Below, one piece after another: positions 7,721-16,914 of a stretch of 64,000 nucleotides of DNA. Under the pieces are notes generated by a model. It was not told where the DNA came from, ran no database searches, and saw only the letters and a program-made list of their open reading frames with translations. Numbering within the stretch: position 1 is the stretch's first letter; every line of letters begins with the position of its first letter. Location: IMG/VR virus record IMGVR_UViG_3300048691_000224; one strand, written 5' to 3'. This DNA comes from a virus (taxonomy: Duplodnaviria > Caudoviricetes). Position numbers and translations under genes: made by a program.

Positions 7721-10078
7721 TTAAGCGCTTTCTGGTGTTGATTGTACTAAATTGTCTACCATATTGATGTAAGTTGTCAACATATGGTAGTGTGATCGGT
7801 CTGAGTCTACAATCTTCAACATTGGGTATCGGTCCGCGAGTGTTTTTTCACTCGCCCTAAGGGCTTCTAGTTGTTGAGAACAATTAGATGTTTTGGTAGG
7901 ACGTACGTCAAAGCAACCACCCAATTCACGTAGTTGATGGGGCTCTCTATCTCCGACCGCTCTTTGTGCAGCTTTTCCTAATTCAACGCAGTGCTTGTAT
8001 TGCTCGATAATAGGTAAGAAGCCTGTTGGGACACCATCAAGCTGAGTAGTGTAATACTCTACTAACCGGGTTATTGTGGATAGATTATACCGATGAGAGT
8101 GTGATTTTGATCTGTGTAGGTAAAATGCTGCAAGTTCTGTCTCGGCTAATTTTTCATCTATCACCAAGGCCAGCACACGCTTGATATAAGCATAGACGTT
8201 CTCCCACGAGTCAGGGACCGACTTGATGTGCTTGGGTTGAACACCAATCACGACTACATCACTACCAAATAAGCCGAGTTGACACAAAGCAGCAAAGTAA
8301 TTACCAAACAATTTAGTCTGATGCGAAGTTTCTCCAGATGCTGAATCAACAACGGAGTGACCTTTGCGAGGAATATACAGTACTTTTTTTGATCCTGAAT
8401 TATCTAATTGGTCAGTGAGTTGTACCCACGACGTGGGCATATACGGAGTTGCTGGTGTTTTGGTTCCATAACGTCTGCGTGTGTCAGCGACTTTACCTGT
8501 CCACACCAAGTGCTCGAAGGAGTTTTTTACCTTCGTTGCACGTGCTGGGGATGGTCTCAATGATGAGCTCAACACTACTGAAGATGCTGGGAATCCACCT
8601 AGTGCAGTCAGATACTTAGTGAGTGCAGCATCAAACTCTTGTTGAGTGACTTTTGAGTGCTTTTTTTCAATTAATACAATTTGTCTAGCAGAATCGTATA
8701 ATGGGCTGGTGGTGCGCAAATAATTATACTTAATTTTATCGAGAGCGCTAGTACCATCATCTTTGACAACGGCAGTAAAACTAACTATCCGTGATGGGAA
8801 GGTGTATATTGTGTGCTCACGATCAAATCTAGCTTTGTCATTCGCGTTGTATGGAGGCATTGTTCCCAGCACATTCAACCGAATCTTTAGCACGGCATCC
8901 AATTCGACGAGTACACTACGTGGAACCTCAATGTGGTTAGCAGGACTAAATGGTACCCCATCGATCAAGTACGGGCTAAGCTTTAGTAGACCCTCACGGA
9001 TTGGCTCAGCTAATCCCATACCCGATTGCCACCGGGTTTTACCATACGTCAGTGCAGTTAAAAATTTACTTCCACCGCCCTGAACAAGTTGCTTATGAAG
9101 TAGATCTGTGAGCTCTCGAATAACAGTAGTACACATCAGTGCCAACTGCTCTTTGGTGTGATTAGTATACTGCAGTTCTTCACGAGATGGTGCAAAATCT
9201 AACGTACCGATGGGGGCAGTTATAATGAGGCGGTGCATTGGGGTGCGATTATCTGCAGTAAGTGTATCAACGAACAACTGCAACTCAGGAGAAATGGGTG
9301 TACCCTGTATAACAGGAAATGCGGACGTGACATCAATCGGGTACGGAACATTACCTTGAACAACAATGAGAGTATTTTTGAACTGGGTGTTACGTTTTGG
9401 TGTAATGGTCCAATTACTTCCTACTATAGCACCAGCTATTGTAACATCTACTGGCTCAAAGCGATTGGTCAGCGTTCCTCCAGTGATGTTAGGAAATGTT
9501 GTAGTCCACGTGCTAAAGAACAAGCTGGCTTCATCTACAAATGTATTGAAATCTCGAGCCTTGACCTCAAACAAAACTTCAAACCCGGATCGTTCAGCAG
9601 AAGGTTCGGATCCAACGTGTGACAGAGATGGTGCTCCACTCGAGTCAATGAACGCAATGTAAAGAGATTTAGTTCCTTCAGACCAACTAGTCACCGTGAA
9701 AGTTTCGGTGTATGAGAATGGGCTTTTGCTGCCCAACCCGAGTGCTCCAACTTGCGTGTTAGAATTGGTCTTGGTGCTTCGAAAGTAGGTTGTGTAGATT
9801 GCTTGGATATCATCTGCAGCAATTCCTGTCCCAAAGTCTCTGATTGAGAACCAGCTTTCCAGTGCATTAGGTAAATGGATATCAAAAGGATCTATACTGC
9901 CAGACATTGTGTGAGAGTCGAGTGCATTACAAGAGAGTTCTCGAATAATCGCTCGAATTGGATTCTTGTAGATGGAGTTCGACAAAATTTGAAAGGCTTT
10001 GGCTGAGCTTTCAATTGTAAATGCTTGGCTAGTCGCGCCGACTAGCGTCATTGGTTTGTGTGGGGTTGTTAAAATCAT
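7721..10078 (-). CDS. rIIA: RIIA protein (N-terminal GHKL ATPase domain)
   Basis: AFQILSNSIY..AIIRELSCNALDSH, RDFGTG, GALGLGSKSPFSY. Confidence 0.9.
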   Translation of the reverse strand: MILTTPHKPMTLVGATSQAFTIESSAKAFQILSNSIYKNPIRAIIRELSCNALDSHTMSGSIDPFDIHLPNALESWFSIRDFGTGIAADDIQAIYTTYFRSTKTNSNTQVGALGLGSKSPFSYTETFTVTSWSEGTKSLYIAFIDSSGAPSLSHVGSEPSAERSGFEVLFEVKARDFNTFVDEASLFFSTWTTTFPNITGGTLTNRFEPVDVTIAGAIVGSNWTITPKRNTQFKNTLIVVQGNVPYPIDVTSAFPVIQGTPISPELQLFVDTLTADNRTPMHRLIITAPIGTLDFAPSREELQYTNHTKEQLALMCTTVIRELTDLLHKQLVQGGGSKFLTALTYGKTRWQSGMGLAEPIREGLLKLSPYLIDGVPFSPANHIEVPRSVLVELDAVLKIRLNVLGTMPPYNANDKARFDREHTIYTFPSRIVSFTAVVKDDGTSALDKIKYNYLRTTSPLYDSARQIVLIEKKHSKVTQQEFDAALTKYLTALGGFPASSVVLSSSLRPSPARATKVKNSFEHLVWTGKVADTRRRYGTKTPATPYMPTSWVQLTDQLDNSGSKKVLYIPRKGHSVVDSASGETSHQTKLFGNYFAALCQLGLFGSDVVVIGVQPKHIKSVPDSWENVYAYIKRVLALVIDEKLAETELAAFYLHRSKSHSHRYNLSTITRLVEYYTTQLDGVPTGFLPIIEQYKHCVELGKAAQRAVGDREPHQLRELGGCFDVRPTKTSNCSQQLEALRASEKTLADRYPMLKIVDSDRSHYHMLTTYINMVDNLVQSTPESA

Positions 10079-10084
10079 ATTGGG

Positions 10085-10372
10085 TCACTCATCAGTATAT
10101 TCACAGGGAGCCATTGGATATGGTTCGTATATAAAGCTCGGAGGGAGTTGCAGTTCTTTCAGATCACTAAGTGCTAAATTTCTTCGGTGACCATCTTTGC
10201 TTACTTGGTATCCTGGAGGGACACACGTGTAGGAACTCTTCCATCCTTTGCGAGGTTTCATTGGACGCAGTACCCCCGAGACTTTAAGTGTGTAGAGTTG
10301 TTGCTCGGTGACTGACCAGAAATATCCTGGATAGTTCTTGATGCTGACAAAATCTTCACGTAAGTGAATCAT
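10085..10372 (-). CDS. Hypothetical protein
   Basis: ATG at 10372 coupled (ATGA) to the previous stop. Confidence 0.6.
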   Translation of the reverse strand: MIHLREDFVSIKNYPGYFWSVTEQQLYTLKVSGVLRPMKPRKGWKSSYTCVPPGYQVSKDGHRRNLALSDLKELQLPPSFIYEPYPMAPCEYTDE

Positions 10373-10752
10373 GTAGTGCTCCACGAGCAGTACTCACCAA
10401 CCCGTTCCGGATACAGGTGCGTATTACCATTGATAGGACTCAGCACATCTTCAATCCAGCGAACTCCTAAACCCATACGAGGGGCGGCGAATTTAACAAC
10501 ATCTTCATCATGTACCGCGAAGAATAAGTCATTGCGGTCACCAGTACCTGGTACAGGATATCCACTGGTATCCAAATCAGCGCGTGTGTTGATTTGTTCG
10601 AGGTACTGCACACGAGTACCGAACTCTTTTTGGAAGAAGTCCACAAAATCACCAAAGTCATCTGGACTGAGCACTGTGCCAGGCCACACACAAACTTGGG
10701 TAAATGAAGGGTTTAATTTGATGTTTGACATTTTTGTATTACCTTTAACCAT
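10369..10752 (-). CDS. Hypothetical protein
   Basis: In the operon, overlapping its neighbours. Confidence 0.65.
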   Translation of the reverse strand: MVKGNTKMSNIKLNPSFTQVCVWPGTVLSPDDFGDFVDFFQKEFGTRVQYLEQINTRADLDTSGYPVPGTGDRNDLFFAVHDEDVVKFAAPRMGLGVRWIEDVLSPINGNTHLYPERVGEYCSWSTT

Positions 10753-10951
10753 CTAATCCATTAAACGCCATAACTGTTTCTGTACAATCATCCCGAACAT
10801 AATCTACTAGTTTATTCATATGAGATACAAATTCGTTTTTGGTCATCTGGCCAGTCTTCGCCCACATGAATACGTTCTCGTGTGGAACCGTCAGTGCTGT
10901 GAATATAGTAGAATTTGTTACAAATTCACCGGTATTCATGTTGTATTTCAT
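10745..10951 (-). CDS. Hypothetical early protein
   Basis: First ORF after the promoter at 10987-11014; AGGA SD. Confidence 0.55.
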   Translation of the reverse strand: MKYNMNTGEFVTNSTIFTALTVPHENVFMWAKTGQMTKNEFVSHMNKLVDYVRDDCTETVMAFNGLDG

Positions 10952-10986
10952 TTTGGATTTCCTATATTCGCTTGCTCTTAGGGTCT

Positions 10987-11014
10987 ATTATACCCTAAAT
11001 TTACGTAAGGTCAA
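10987..11014 (-). promoter_or_regulatory. Sigma70-type early promoter (TTGACC-N16-TATAAT) with a TTAGGGT/ACCCTAA inverted repeat around the -10 box
   Basis: Member of the repeated promoter family. Confidence 0.8.
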
Positions 11015-11071
11015 CAGTTATTTTTCAACAACCTGCCTGGCGAACAAGCGCTATTGGCAATTGGTAACACA

Positions 11072-11842
11072 TCACGTCCAGAGATGGTCTCTATATTTCA
11101 CAATGTTAGTACAATGTTTCGTGACTTCATCATCAAATGTTTTCTCCAACTCTGCAATTTTCTTATATGCTTCAGACTTTTCAGGCGTAGTCTCAAATGG
11201 TTTACTTGACTCGAAATCATAATCCACGAGTTTCCAAGCATCGAAATTAAAATATTCATATTTTGCAAAATAATATGCAGCCATAAGTTTCTGGTATGGG
11301 TGCCTATCAATATCACGTTTATTTTTCGCAAATGCTCTGATTTGATAATTCAACCACTGCACACCATATTCACAACGAACAGCTGAATCGATTTTCATTG
11401 GAAACAGTTTACGCTTCAAATACGACTGGTTGTTGTATGCGATAATTACTGGATCAGTGGTATCCGAATCGTAACAAACCATCATGTGGAAGGCTTCTAC
11501 CTCAACAAAGTCGATAATCGATAACATTAGTGCGTCTGGAATTTTTGTGACCAGGTCAGACCACGTACCGGGTTTGGTTTGCGTTTTCAACACGTGGGTC
11601 TGATTCTGTCTATTGGAAACGTAATATACCAGACTTCTAATTTTGTCAGGGACGTACATAACAATATTCTGAACCGTGTTTAATTTTTCTACAAGAAAAT
11701 ACCCAAACTTTGATTTCTGTTTTGATTCACTTCTATAAGTTTTCCACCCGTCGAATGATGCCGCTGCTGGTAGGGTGGTGATACCGAACAAGACTCGAAT
11801 CTTATCAGCAAATTTAGAATTTGACCAGTATGAACTTCTCAT
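11072..11842 (-). CDS. Hypothetical protein
   Basis: 256-aa ORF in the operon. Confidence 0.7.
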   Translation of the reverse strand: MRSSYWSNSKFADKIRVLFGITTLPAAASFDGWKTYRSESKQKSKFGYFLVEKLNTVQNIVMYVPDKIRSLVYYVSNRQNQTHVLKTQTKPGTWSDLVTKIPDALMLSIIDFVEVEAFHMMVCYDSDTTDPVIIAYNNQSYLKRKLFPMKIDSAVRCEYGVQWLNYQIRAFAKNKRDIDRHPYQKLMAAYYFAKYEYFNFDAWKLVDYDFESSKPFETTPEKSEAYKKIAELEKTFDDEVTKHCTNIVKYRDHLWT

Positions 11843-12192
11843 TTTAATACACCAATCAATTTATTAAGTTCCGCAATAGGGTCCCCAAAATGTGGACTTA
11901 GTGAAGCAGCAGCAATCAATTTATTTGAAGCAACAATATGATTACTTCGTTCGAGATTTACTCTATTGTGTGCCTCGAGGTTTTCTGTGATATTCGAAAC
12001 ATATGAATCAAACTTAGCATCTAATGATGTTGTGTGTGTCATAACACTATTGATGTGATCAACCGAAATCTTATTGCAAGTCTCAATACAACCATCGACA
12101 TAGGTTTTAAGTTCATTCGTATAGTTCTTAAACTCACTCTTCAGTTCATTAGCGATCCTAATGAATTCGACCAGTGTTTCTTCATTTGTCAT
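11839..12192 (-). CDS. Helical/coiled-coil hypothetical protein, paralog of 25330-25689
   Basis: Likely start MTNEE; shared ELKS.FK and N..SN.L.A.A.L motifs. Confidence 0.6.
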   Translation of the reverse strand: MTNEETLVEFIRIANELKSEFKNYTNELKTYVDGCIETCNKISVDHINSVMTHTTSLDAKFDSYVSNITENLEAHNRVNLERSNHIVASNKLIAAASLSPHFGDPIAELNKLIGVLK

Positions 12193-12224
12193 GTAATTCT
12201 TTCCAGTTTTGATTTGTAAACTAC

Positions 12225-12407
12225 CTACAAGGCACCGAGCCACAGAAATAGAGGAACGATAATAACATATACTAGATATGCAATAATTGCGGCGGCGCCT
12301 ACCAGTGCTGCAATGATTGTTCCGGTGCTTTCTTTCGCATAGAACCCCCAGTACACTAGAGCGAATGCGGGGATTAGGATTAGTAAATGTTGATATAGAT
12401 TCATCAT
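12225..12407 (-). CDS. Small membrane protein
   Basis: Two hydrophobic segments. Confidence 0.55.
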   Translation of the reverse strand: MMNLYQHLLILIPAFALVYWGFYAKESTGTIIAALVGAAAIIAYLVYVIIVPLFLWLGAL

Positions 12408-12736
12408 TGTGTTCCTGTTGCCTTTAAAATAACTGCATCCAACTTTTCCAGCGCTTCATAGAACCTAGTAGGGCTAAACCTCGCGCTCGCTTGGTGTTGT
12501 CCACTTTTCATGATTTGTCGGACTTCGTTGGAAGCCTTTAATAGCTCGGGTGCTACTGCGATAAGTCGGGCATTGGCTAACATTTCATCACATGAAATCA
12601 CAACCTCACCAGTATTAGCATCTTGTCGGTCGAGTGAGCAAGTTAGGTTATATTGAACACCCAAGTTGACATCACAGCATTGGTTATTTTCATCACCCAA
12701 GGTCCACGGGCCAGGTGTATGGTGAAATGTAGTCAT
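12404..12736 (-). CDS. HTPGPW/ANARLIAAAP-family phage protein
   Basis: HTPGPW...ANARLIAVAPELL. Confidence 0.7.
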   Translation of the reverse strand: MTTFHHTPGPWTLGDENNQCCDVNLGVQYNLTCSLDRQDANTGEVVISCDEMLANARLIAVAPELLKASNEVRQIMKSGQHQASARFSPTRFYEALEKLDAVILKATGTQ

Positions 12737-13086
12737 GATTGTGTTCCTGTTGCTTTAGCAATTGCAATTTCAGCATTGTGAATAGATTCATCCATTGATG
12801 GACTAATGGCGTAAACCCCAAAACCTTCTTTAGCCTGCAGCACTTGACCATATAAATTTTGTAGAGCATCTAGTAGATCCGGTGCCGCTGTTATAAGTCG
12901 GGCATTGGCAGCAAACATCTCTCCGCAGTGCGTACCCTTACGCACTGCGGGAACCGTGCAAATACCTTGGTAACCCCTACCATCCCAATTTACAGGGTCT
13001 TGTTTGATGTGCCAGTTTCCAAACGACATGTTGCAAGCCCAAGGTCCCGGCGTGTGAGTTCCCTGTACTTTAGTTTGGTTACTCAT
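12733..13086 (-). CDS. HTPGPW/ANARLIAAAP-family phage protein (tandem paralog)
   Basis: HTPGPW...ANARLITAAPDLL; both paralogs contain KATGTQ at the C-terminus. Confidence 0.7.
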   Translation of the reverse strand: MSNQTKVQGTHTPGPWACNMSFGNWHIKQDPVNWDGRGYQGICTVPAVRKGTHCGEMFAANARLITAAPDLLDALQNLYGQVLQAKEGFGVYAISPSMDESIHNAEIAIAKATGTQS

Positions 13087-13594
13087 GTAGTTCCTTTGTC
13101 AATTCGACTTTGATTAATTCTTGTACGATTTTTGGATCCGCCTTGATTATCTTCAGTACACTCCCAACTAGTGCACCAATAGCTTTAGTATTACCGGACC
13201 GATATTGATCAGCCGCCCTCTCATTCTTTGCAATGACGTCACGCACTACAACTAAAATATCGGTAGAGCTTGCTTCGTTCATCAATCGTGAAGAACGCAA
13301 ATAGTCGATGATGTTGTACCCACAGTAATTATACCAACAATCATCGATAATTTTTTTCGCGTGAGAATATGATATAGTTTTGTGGTGTAGGCAACAAGCG
13401 ACATCTGCTGTCAGTTGAGTGAATCCATAATGATAGTACTCAATATCACCAATATCGGTGTCTTCCTTTTCCAATTTGGGTAGAATTTCATTTATCATTA
13501 GCTTAGCTAGATATGGGCCCGCCTCATTGGGATGGGCGCTAGTCAAACACGACATCATGATCGCACCCAATTTATCTTTTTCAGTTTCAGTCAT
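13079..13594 (-). CDS. Protein with C-terminal GatB/YqeY-like domain
   Basis: VIAKNERAADQYRSGNTKAIGALVGSVLK...KADPKIVQELI matches the GatB C-terminal pattern. Confidence 0.7.
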   Translation of the reverse strand: MTETEKDKLGAIMMSCLTSAHPNEAGPYLAKLMINEILPKLEKEDTDIGDIEYYHYGFTQLTADVACCLHHKTISYSHAKKIIDDCWYNYCGYNIIDYLRSSRLMNEASSTDILVVVRDVIAKNERAADQYRSGNTKAIGALVGSVLKIIKADPKIVQELIKVELTKELHE

Positions 13595-13606
13595 TGTTAA
13601 AGTAGT

Positions 13607-13978
13607 TTAATCTACATCCAACACGATGTCCATCAATCGGATAGGTTCTTCGCGATCACCACAAGAACCTTTGTGTGCAATGTAAACATCCACACCCCCA
13701 TACATGGTATATTCGCCACCTTTGTAACCGAAGAATTTCTTATCGAGCGCTTCATTCACCAACATTGACAAAAACTCACCAGCTGTAAATTTGTCGTTGG
13801 CCGGTTCGATAGCCAACTCACAATAGTATCCGCGATAGCTGTGCGGATTTACAAATTTCTTTACTGGTTCATCAGACGGCATCGACCTCAAATGTTTGAT
13901 TAACTCACTGAGAGTCAAACATTTTTCGAATGTTTCTTGCAAGTTTTTGAGTGCTTGGTATTGTGTATTGAGATGCAT
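13607..13978 (-). CDS. Conserved-type phage hypothetical protein
   Basis: PHSYRGYYCELAIEP...GYKGGEYTM motif. Confidence 0.65.
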   Translation of the reverse strand: MHLNTQYQALKNLQETFEKCLTLSELIKHLRSMPSDEPVKKFVNPHSYRGYYCELAIEPANDKFTAGEFLSMLVNEALDKKFFGYKGGEYTMYGGVDVYIAHKGSCGDREEPIRLMDIVLDVD

Positions 13979-14015
13979 TTTTGTATTTCCTTGTGTTTTG
14001 TTAGCAGATGAGTCA

Positions 14016-14043
14016 ATTATACCCTAATTCGACACCAAGTCAA
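14016..14043 (-). promoter_or_regulatory. Early promoter (TTGACT-N16-TATAAT)
   Basis: Family member with AATTAGGG before the -10 box. Confidence 0.8.
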
Positions 14044-14046
14044 CAA

Positions 14047-14295
14047 TTATTTTCTAAAATTGTTTAATTCTTCTTCAATCTGCCACTCAAATTCATTTAG
14101 CTTGCGGCTGAGGGCATCCAGTCTGGAAGAGGAAACCACCTCTTTGGCTCGTTCCAGCACTGCTCGCTCACTCGCAACATCAAACTGCATCAATATATCA
14201 TGCAGTGCATCCAAGAAGTCTACACTCTCACCGTTGATTGTTAGTTCAACATCAACTGTGGTATTACCAACACCCAATCCAAATTTGTTGAACAT
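14047..14295 (-). CDS. Hypothetical protein
   Basis: 82-aa ORF. Confidence 0.5.
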   Translation of the reverse strand: MFNKFGLGVGNTTVDVELTINGESVDFLDALHDILMQFDVASERAVLERAKEVVSSSRLDALSRKLNEFEWQIEEELNNFRK

Positions 14296-14417
14296 TTCGG
14301 CGCCATATTTTTTTTGCGAGAGTGTTGATTATGAAAACTGATGGAGTGTCGTGACCACCTAATTCGATCTTAGCCATTTTGAATTTCCTTAAAGGTACGT
14401 TACCTGCGCTCAGCTTG

Positions 14418-14645
14418 TCAAAACAATACAGTGATATTAGGCATTTTGCCAGTAACTTCTAAAATATCAAGCGCTCGCGATCCTGCGTAAATTGCTTCAT
14501 CTTCATTCTCAAACAATGGAGCCGACTCGACGGTATTGAGGATATATTCATCCCCAGGAGTACCACCGTAAGTAACAAAACTGATGCTGAACTTGTCAGA
14601 TGTGCTGTGATAGTTAACAATGTCGAGTTGAGTGCGCATTTTCAA
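14418..14645 (-). CDS. Hypothetical early protein
   Basis: Directly downstream of the promoter at 14676. Confidence 0.6.
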   Translation of the reverse strand: MKMRTQLDIVNYHSTSDKFSISFVTYGGTPGDEYILNTVESAPLFENEDEAIYAGSRALDILEVTGKMPNITVLF

Positions 14646-14675
14646 GATCCTTATTTAAATTTGATTGATGAGTCA

Positions 14676-14703
14676 ATTATACCCTAATTTCACATTAGGT
14701 CAA
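14676..14703 (-). promoter_or_regulatory. Early promoter (TTGACC-N16-TATAAT)
   Basis: Family member. Confidence 0.8.
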
Positions 14704-14725
14704 CAGAGATCGCCGAATTATTACT

Positions 14726-15100
14726 TCACAAGGAGGTGTCAGTGAGACGAAATTTTTCTTTGAGCTCGAGGTATAATTTATACTCTGGATCACTCTGTAG
14801 CTTCAGGTATTGTGCAATTTCACCAACTTGTGTGGGTGTTTCTGGTGTAGTTCCCAATACAGAATACCGGGCTCTCAGAACTTCACCAACGGTATACTTT
14901 GGTTCGCCCAGCACTTTAGTTGAGTCGTCAACTAATTTTATTTCTCTCCATACAATATCATGTATGGCGCAACGATGATCACCGGATTTATCAGTATTTG
15001 GGCAAACGTTATCTGATATAAATGCACACCCGACACAGCTTTGCTGGCTGGACTGGACTGGCTCTGATTCGTATTTCTTGCCTTTTAATTCCAAAATCAT
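14726..15100 (-). CDS. Hypothetical Cys-rich early protein
   Basis: Start at 15100 (MILELKG) fits the promoter at 15138-15165. Confidence 0.6.
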   Translation of the reverse strand: MILELKGKKYESEPVQSSQQSCVGCAFISDNVCPNTDKSGDHRCAIHDIVWREIKLVDDSTKVLGEPKYTVGEVLRARYSVLGTTPETPTQVGEIAQYLKLQSDPEYKLYLELKEKFRLTDTSL

Positions 15101-15137
15101 TTTGAAGTTCCTAGTATTCTGATTGCTCTTGGGGTCT

Positions 15138-15165
15138 ATTATACCTAGTTTTCTGATAAGGTCAA
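15138..15165 (-). promoter_or_regulatory. Early promoter (TTGACC-N16-TATAAT)
   Basis: Family member. Confidence 0.75.
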
Positions 15166-15186
15166 CAAAATAAGTGTACAATTATT

Positions 15187-15263
15187 TGGCAGGGGCGGAA
15201 GGACTCGAACCTTCGCATGCTGGAATCAAAATCCAGTGCCTTAACCAACTTGGCGACGCCCCT
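15187..15263 (-). tRNA. tRNA-Gln(TTG)
   Basis: Cloverleaf; CTGGA-TTTTGAT-TCCAG; G73; encoded CCA. Confidence 0.95.
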
Positions 15264-15426
15264 ATAAAAAGATACTGGTTTCTTTCCCACCAGCAAAGTC
15301 ACGGTTCAGCAGTCAGCGCCGTTGTAACGCTAGAGCAGTGTGCCTTGGTCGATTATACCTAGAATCATCGACCTTCCGAAGTCGTTGGAATTGCTGCAGA
15401 CAACTCTCAACGACTCTATATCCAGA

Positions 15427-15981
15427 CTAAATCAACAGTCCAAGAGCATTTAAACCTTGTGTATGATAGTCGGCTGTAGATTCGAGTGCTTGTGGTGTAG
15501 ACATGTGAGCAAATGCGGCCGTGTGAAAGATTTCATCAGGTAAGATCTTCTGGAATACACTGCGAATGTCAGAGTCAATTTCATTGTCACTACACAGGGC
15601 ACGAATCCGAATCAATCGCATCTTCTCAGCGTGGTGACCCGCGCCAGCGAGCTCTTCAAAGTTTGTGAGATTTTTGAGGATTGGTTCCCAGTAACGATCA
15701 CCATCATAGGTAATCGCAGGTAGATGGATTCCCCTGGTGGTGAGTAGTTCACCGATCCAATCTCGATGAGTAGCTTCATCAACTGCAATGCGTCCTAGAA
15801 TCCTAGCCTTACCTGTTGCATCATCTGCAAATTTAAGTAGGGGAGACTCCATCAAACTATCCAATCGAGAGGCTGCAAGCGCCTCGCCGATGTACTGTCG
15901 GGTCAGCCAGTGGGTCAACTTGGCGCTACTCTGTTTAATTTCGACTAACCATTGTTCAGTTGTTTTCATGGAACTACTCAC
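15427..15981 (-). CDS. Ferritin-like di-iron four-helix protein
   Basis: IGEALA...DEATH...EKMR...DEIFH; paired ExxH ligands. Confidence 0.75.
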   Translation of the reverse strand: MSSSMKTTEQWLVEIKQSSAKLTHWLTRQYIGEALAASRLDSLMESPLLKFADDATGKARILGRIAVDEATHRDWIGELLTTRGIHLPAITYDGDRYWEPILKNLTNFEELAGAGHHAEKMRLIRIRALCSDNEIDSDIRSVFQKILPDEIFHTAAFAHMSTPQALESTADYHTQGLNALGLLI

Positions 15982-15991
15982 TAAAATAATA

Positions 15992-16066
15992 TGGTACCCT
16001 CTACTAGATTCGAACTAGTGACCTGCGCCTTATCGGGGCGTTGCTCTACCACTGCGCTAAGAGGGT
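15992..16066 (-). tRNA. tRNA-Ile(GAT)
   Basis: Loop CC-GAT-AA; CCA encoded. Confidence 0.9.
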
Positions 16067-16075
16067 GTATGTTTG

Positions 16076-16165
16076 TGGTGGGCTTGGGGAGAGTCGAACT
16101 CCCATGTCCTTTTACAGACGGTAGGACCTAAACCTACTGCGTTTCCTGAGTTTCACCACAAGCCC
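16076..16165 (-). tRNA. tRNA-Leu(TAG)
   Basis: GTAGG-TTTAGGT-CCTAC; long variable arm; CCA. Confidence 0.9.
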
Positions 16166-16175
16166 GATTTGTCTA

Positions 16176-16421
16176 TTATCTATCAGAAAGCATTTGTGCA
16201 ATCTTTAAATTTAATACGAAATTTTCTACGGTTAATTTGACGGCCGTCGCCAATAGTACCATGTCTCTGCAATCGCGTTCTGTAGCCAGGTATGTGTCTA
16301 ACACACCACCAGCTATCAATCGATACGCATCACACTCAGAGATCTCCAACATCCCCCAATCAATTGGGTCACCACACTCTATTTGTTGAGCGAGTTCGAC
16401 GAGTTGTTCTGTTAGGTTCAT
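16176..16421 (-). CDS. Hypothetical protein
   Basis: 81-aa ORF inside the tRNA cluster. Confidence 0.6.
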   Translation of the reverse strand: MNLTEQLVELAQQIECGDPIDWGMLEISECDAYRLIAGGVLDTYLATERDCRDMVLLATAVKLTVENFVLNLKIAQMLSDR

Positions 16422-16432
16422 ATTTTATTCTA

Positions 16433-16576
16433 CTACAATATGTATCGAGTGAGAATTAGTTCAATTACCAAGTACCACGCCCAAAATGGGAGGCAGAACG
16501 CAATAAGTGTTGACCAGAAACCTTTGGCAATTACGATACCAGCTACCCAAAATACAAGCACAGCCAATCTAAACAT
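16433..16576 (-). CDS. Small membrane protein, 47 aa (MFRLAVLVFWVAGIVIAKGFWSTLIAFCLPFWAWYLVIELILTRYIL)
   Basis: Translated by hand; AAGGA SD upstream; below the ORF-track cutoff. Confidence 0.6.
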   Translation of the reverse strand: MFRLAVLVFWVAGIVIAKGFWSTLIAFCLPFWAWYLVIELILTRYIL

Positions 16577-16731
16577 TGTCGCAGTTCCTTCATTAATGAT
16601 ATTGATTACTTTTAAGTAGGTGGGGTAGCCTAAGGCATAACTACCATGAGTGAGAGTCCGCTCAGAGGGTCGTGTTTCCGATTACCTCATTATTTGCCTC
16701 ACCTTTTGCGCTGATCAGACGCCTCTATTAC

Positions 16732-16806
16732 TGGTGCTCCCACAAGGACTTGAACCCTGCTTTCCGGATTACAAAACCGGTACATCGCCGTCTATGTTTT
16801 GAGAGC
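16732..16806 (-). tRNA. tRNA-Thr(TGT), class I
   Basis: Loop TT-TGT-AA; CCA. Confidence 0.85.
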
Positions 16807-16818
16807 TTTTTTCTTTAC

Positions 16819-16911
16819 TGGCGGAAACGAAGGGATTCGAACTCACGATGAGGCTCAACACCCCATACTCCCTTAGCAGGGGAGCACCTTCGGCCACTCG
16901 GTCACGTTTCC
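16819..16911 (-). tRNA. tRNA-Ser(GCT) with a mispaired T-stem
   Basis: CTCCC-CTGCTAA-GGGAG; long variable arm; T-stem GTGAG/CCCTT. Confidence 0.8.
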
Positions 16912-16914
16912 TGC

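Noticed and set aside
15352-15357. TATAAT as another early promoter
   Set aside because: No TTGAC-like -35 box at the right distance, and the hexamer lies within a hairpin of the structured spacer
16618-16731. Hammerhead, HDV-like/theta ribozyme or c-di-GMP riboswitch after tRNA-Thr
   Set aside because: CTGATCA does not fit CUGANGA, no P1 partner exists for the first nucleotides after CCA, and the riboswitch consensus is not matched
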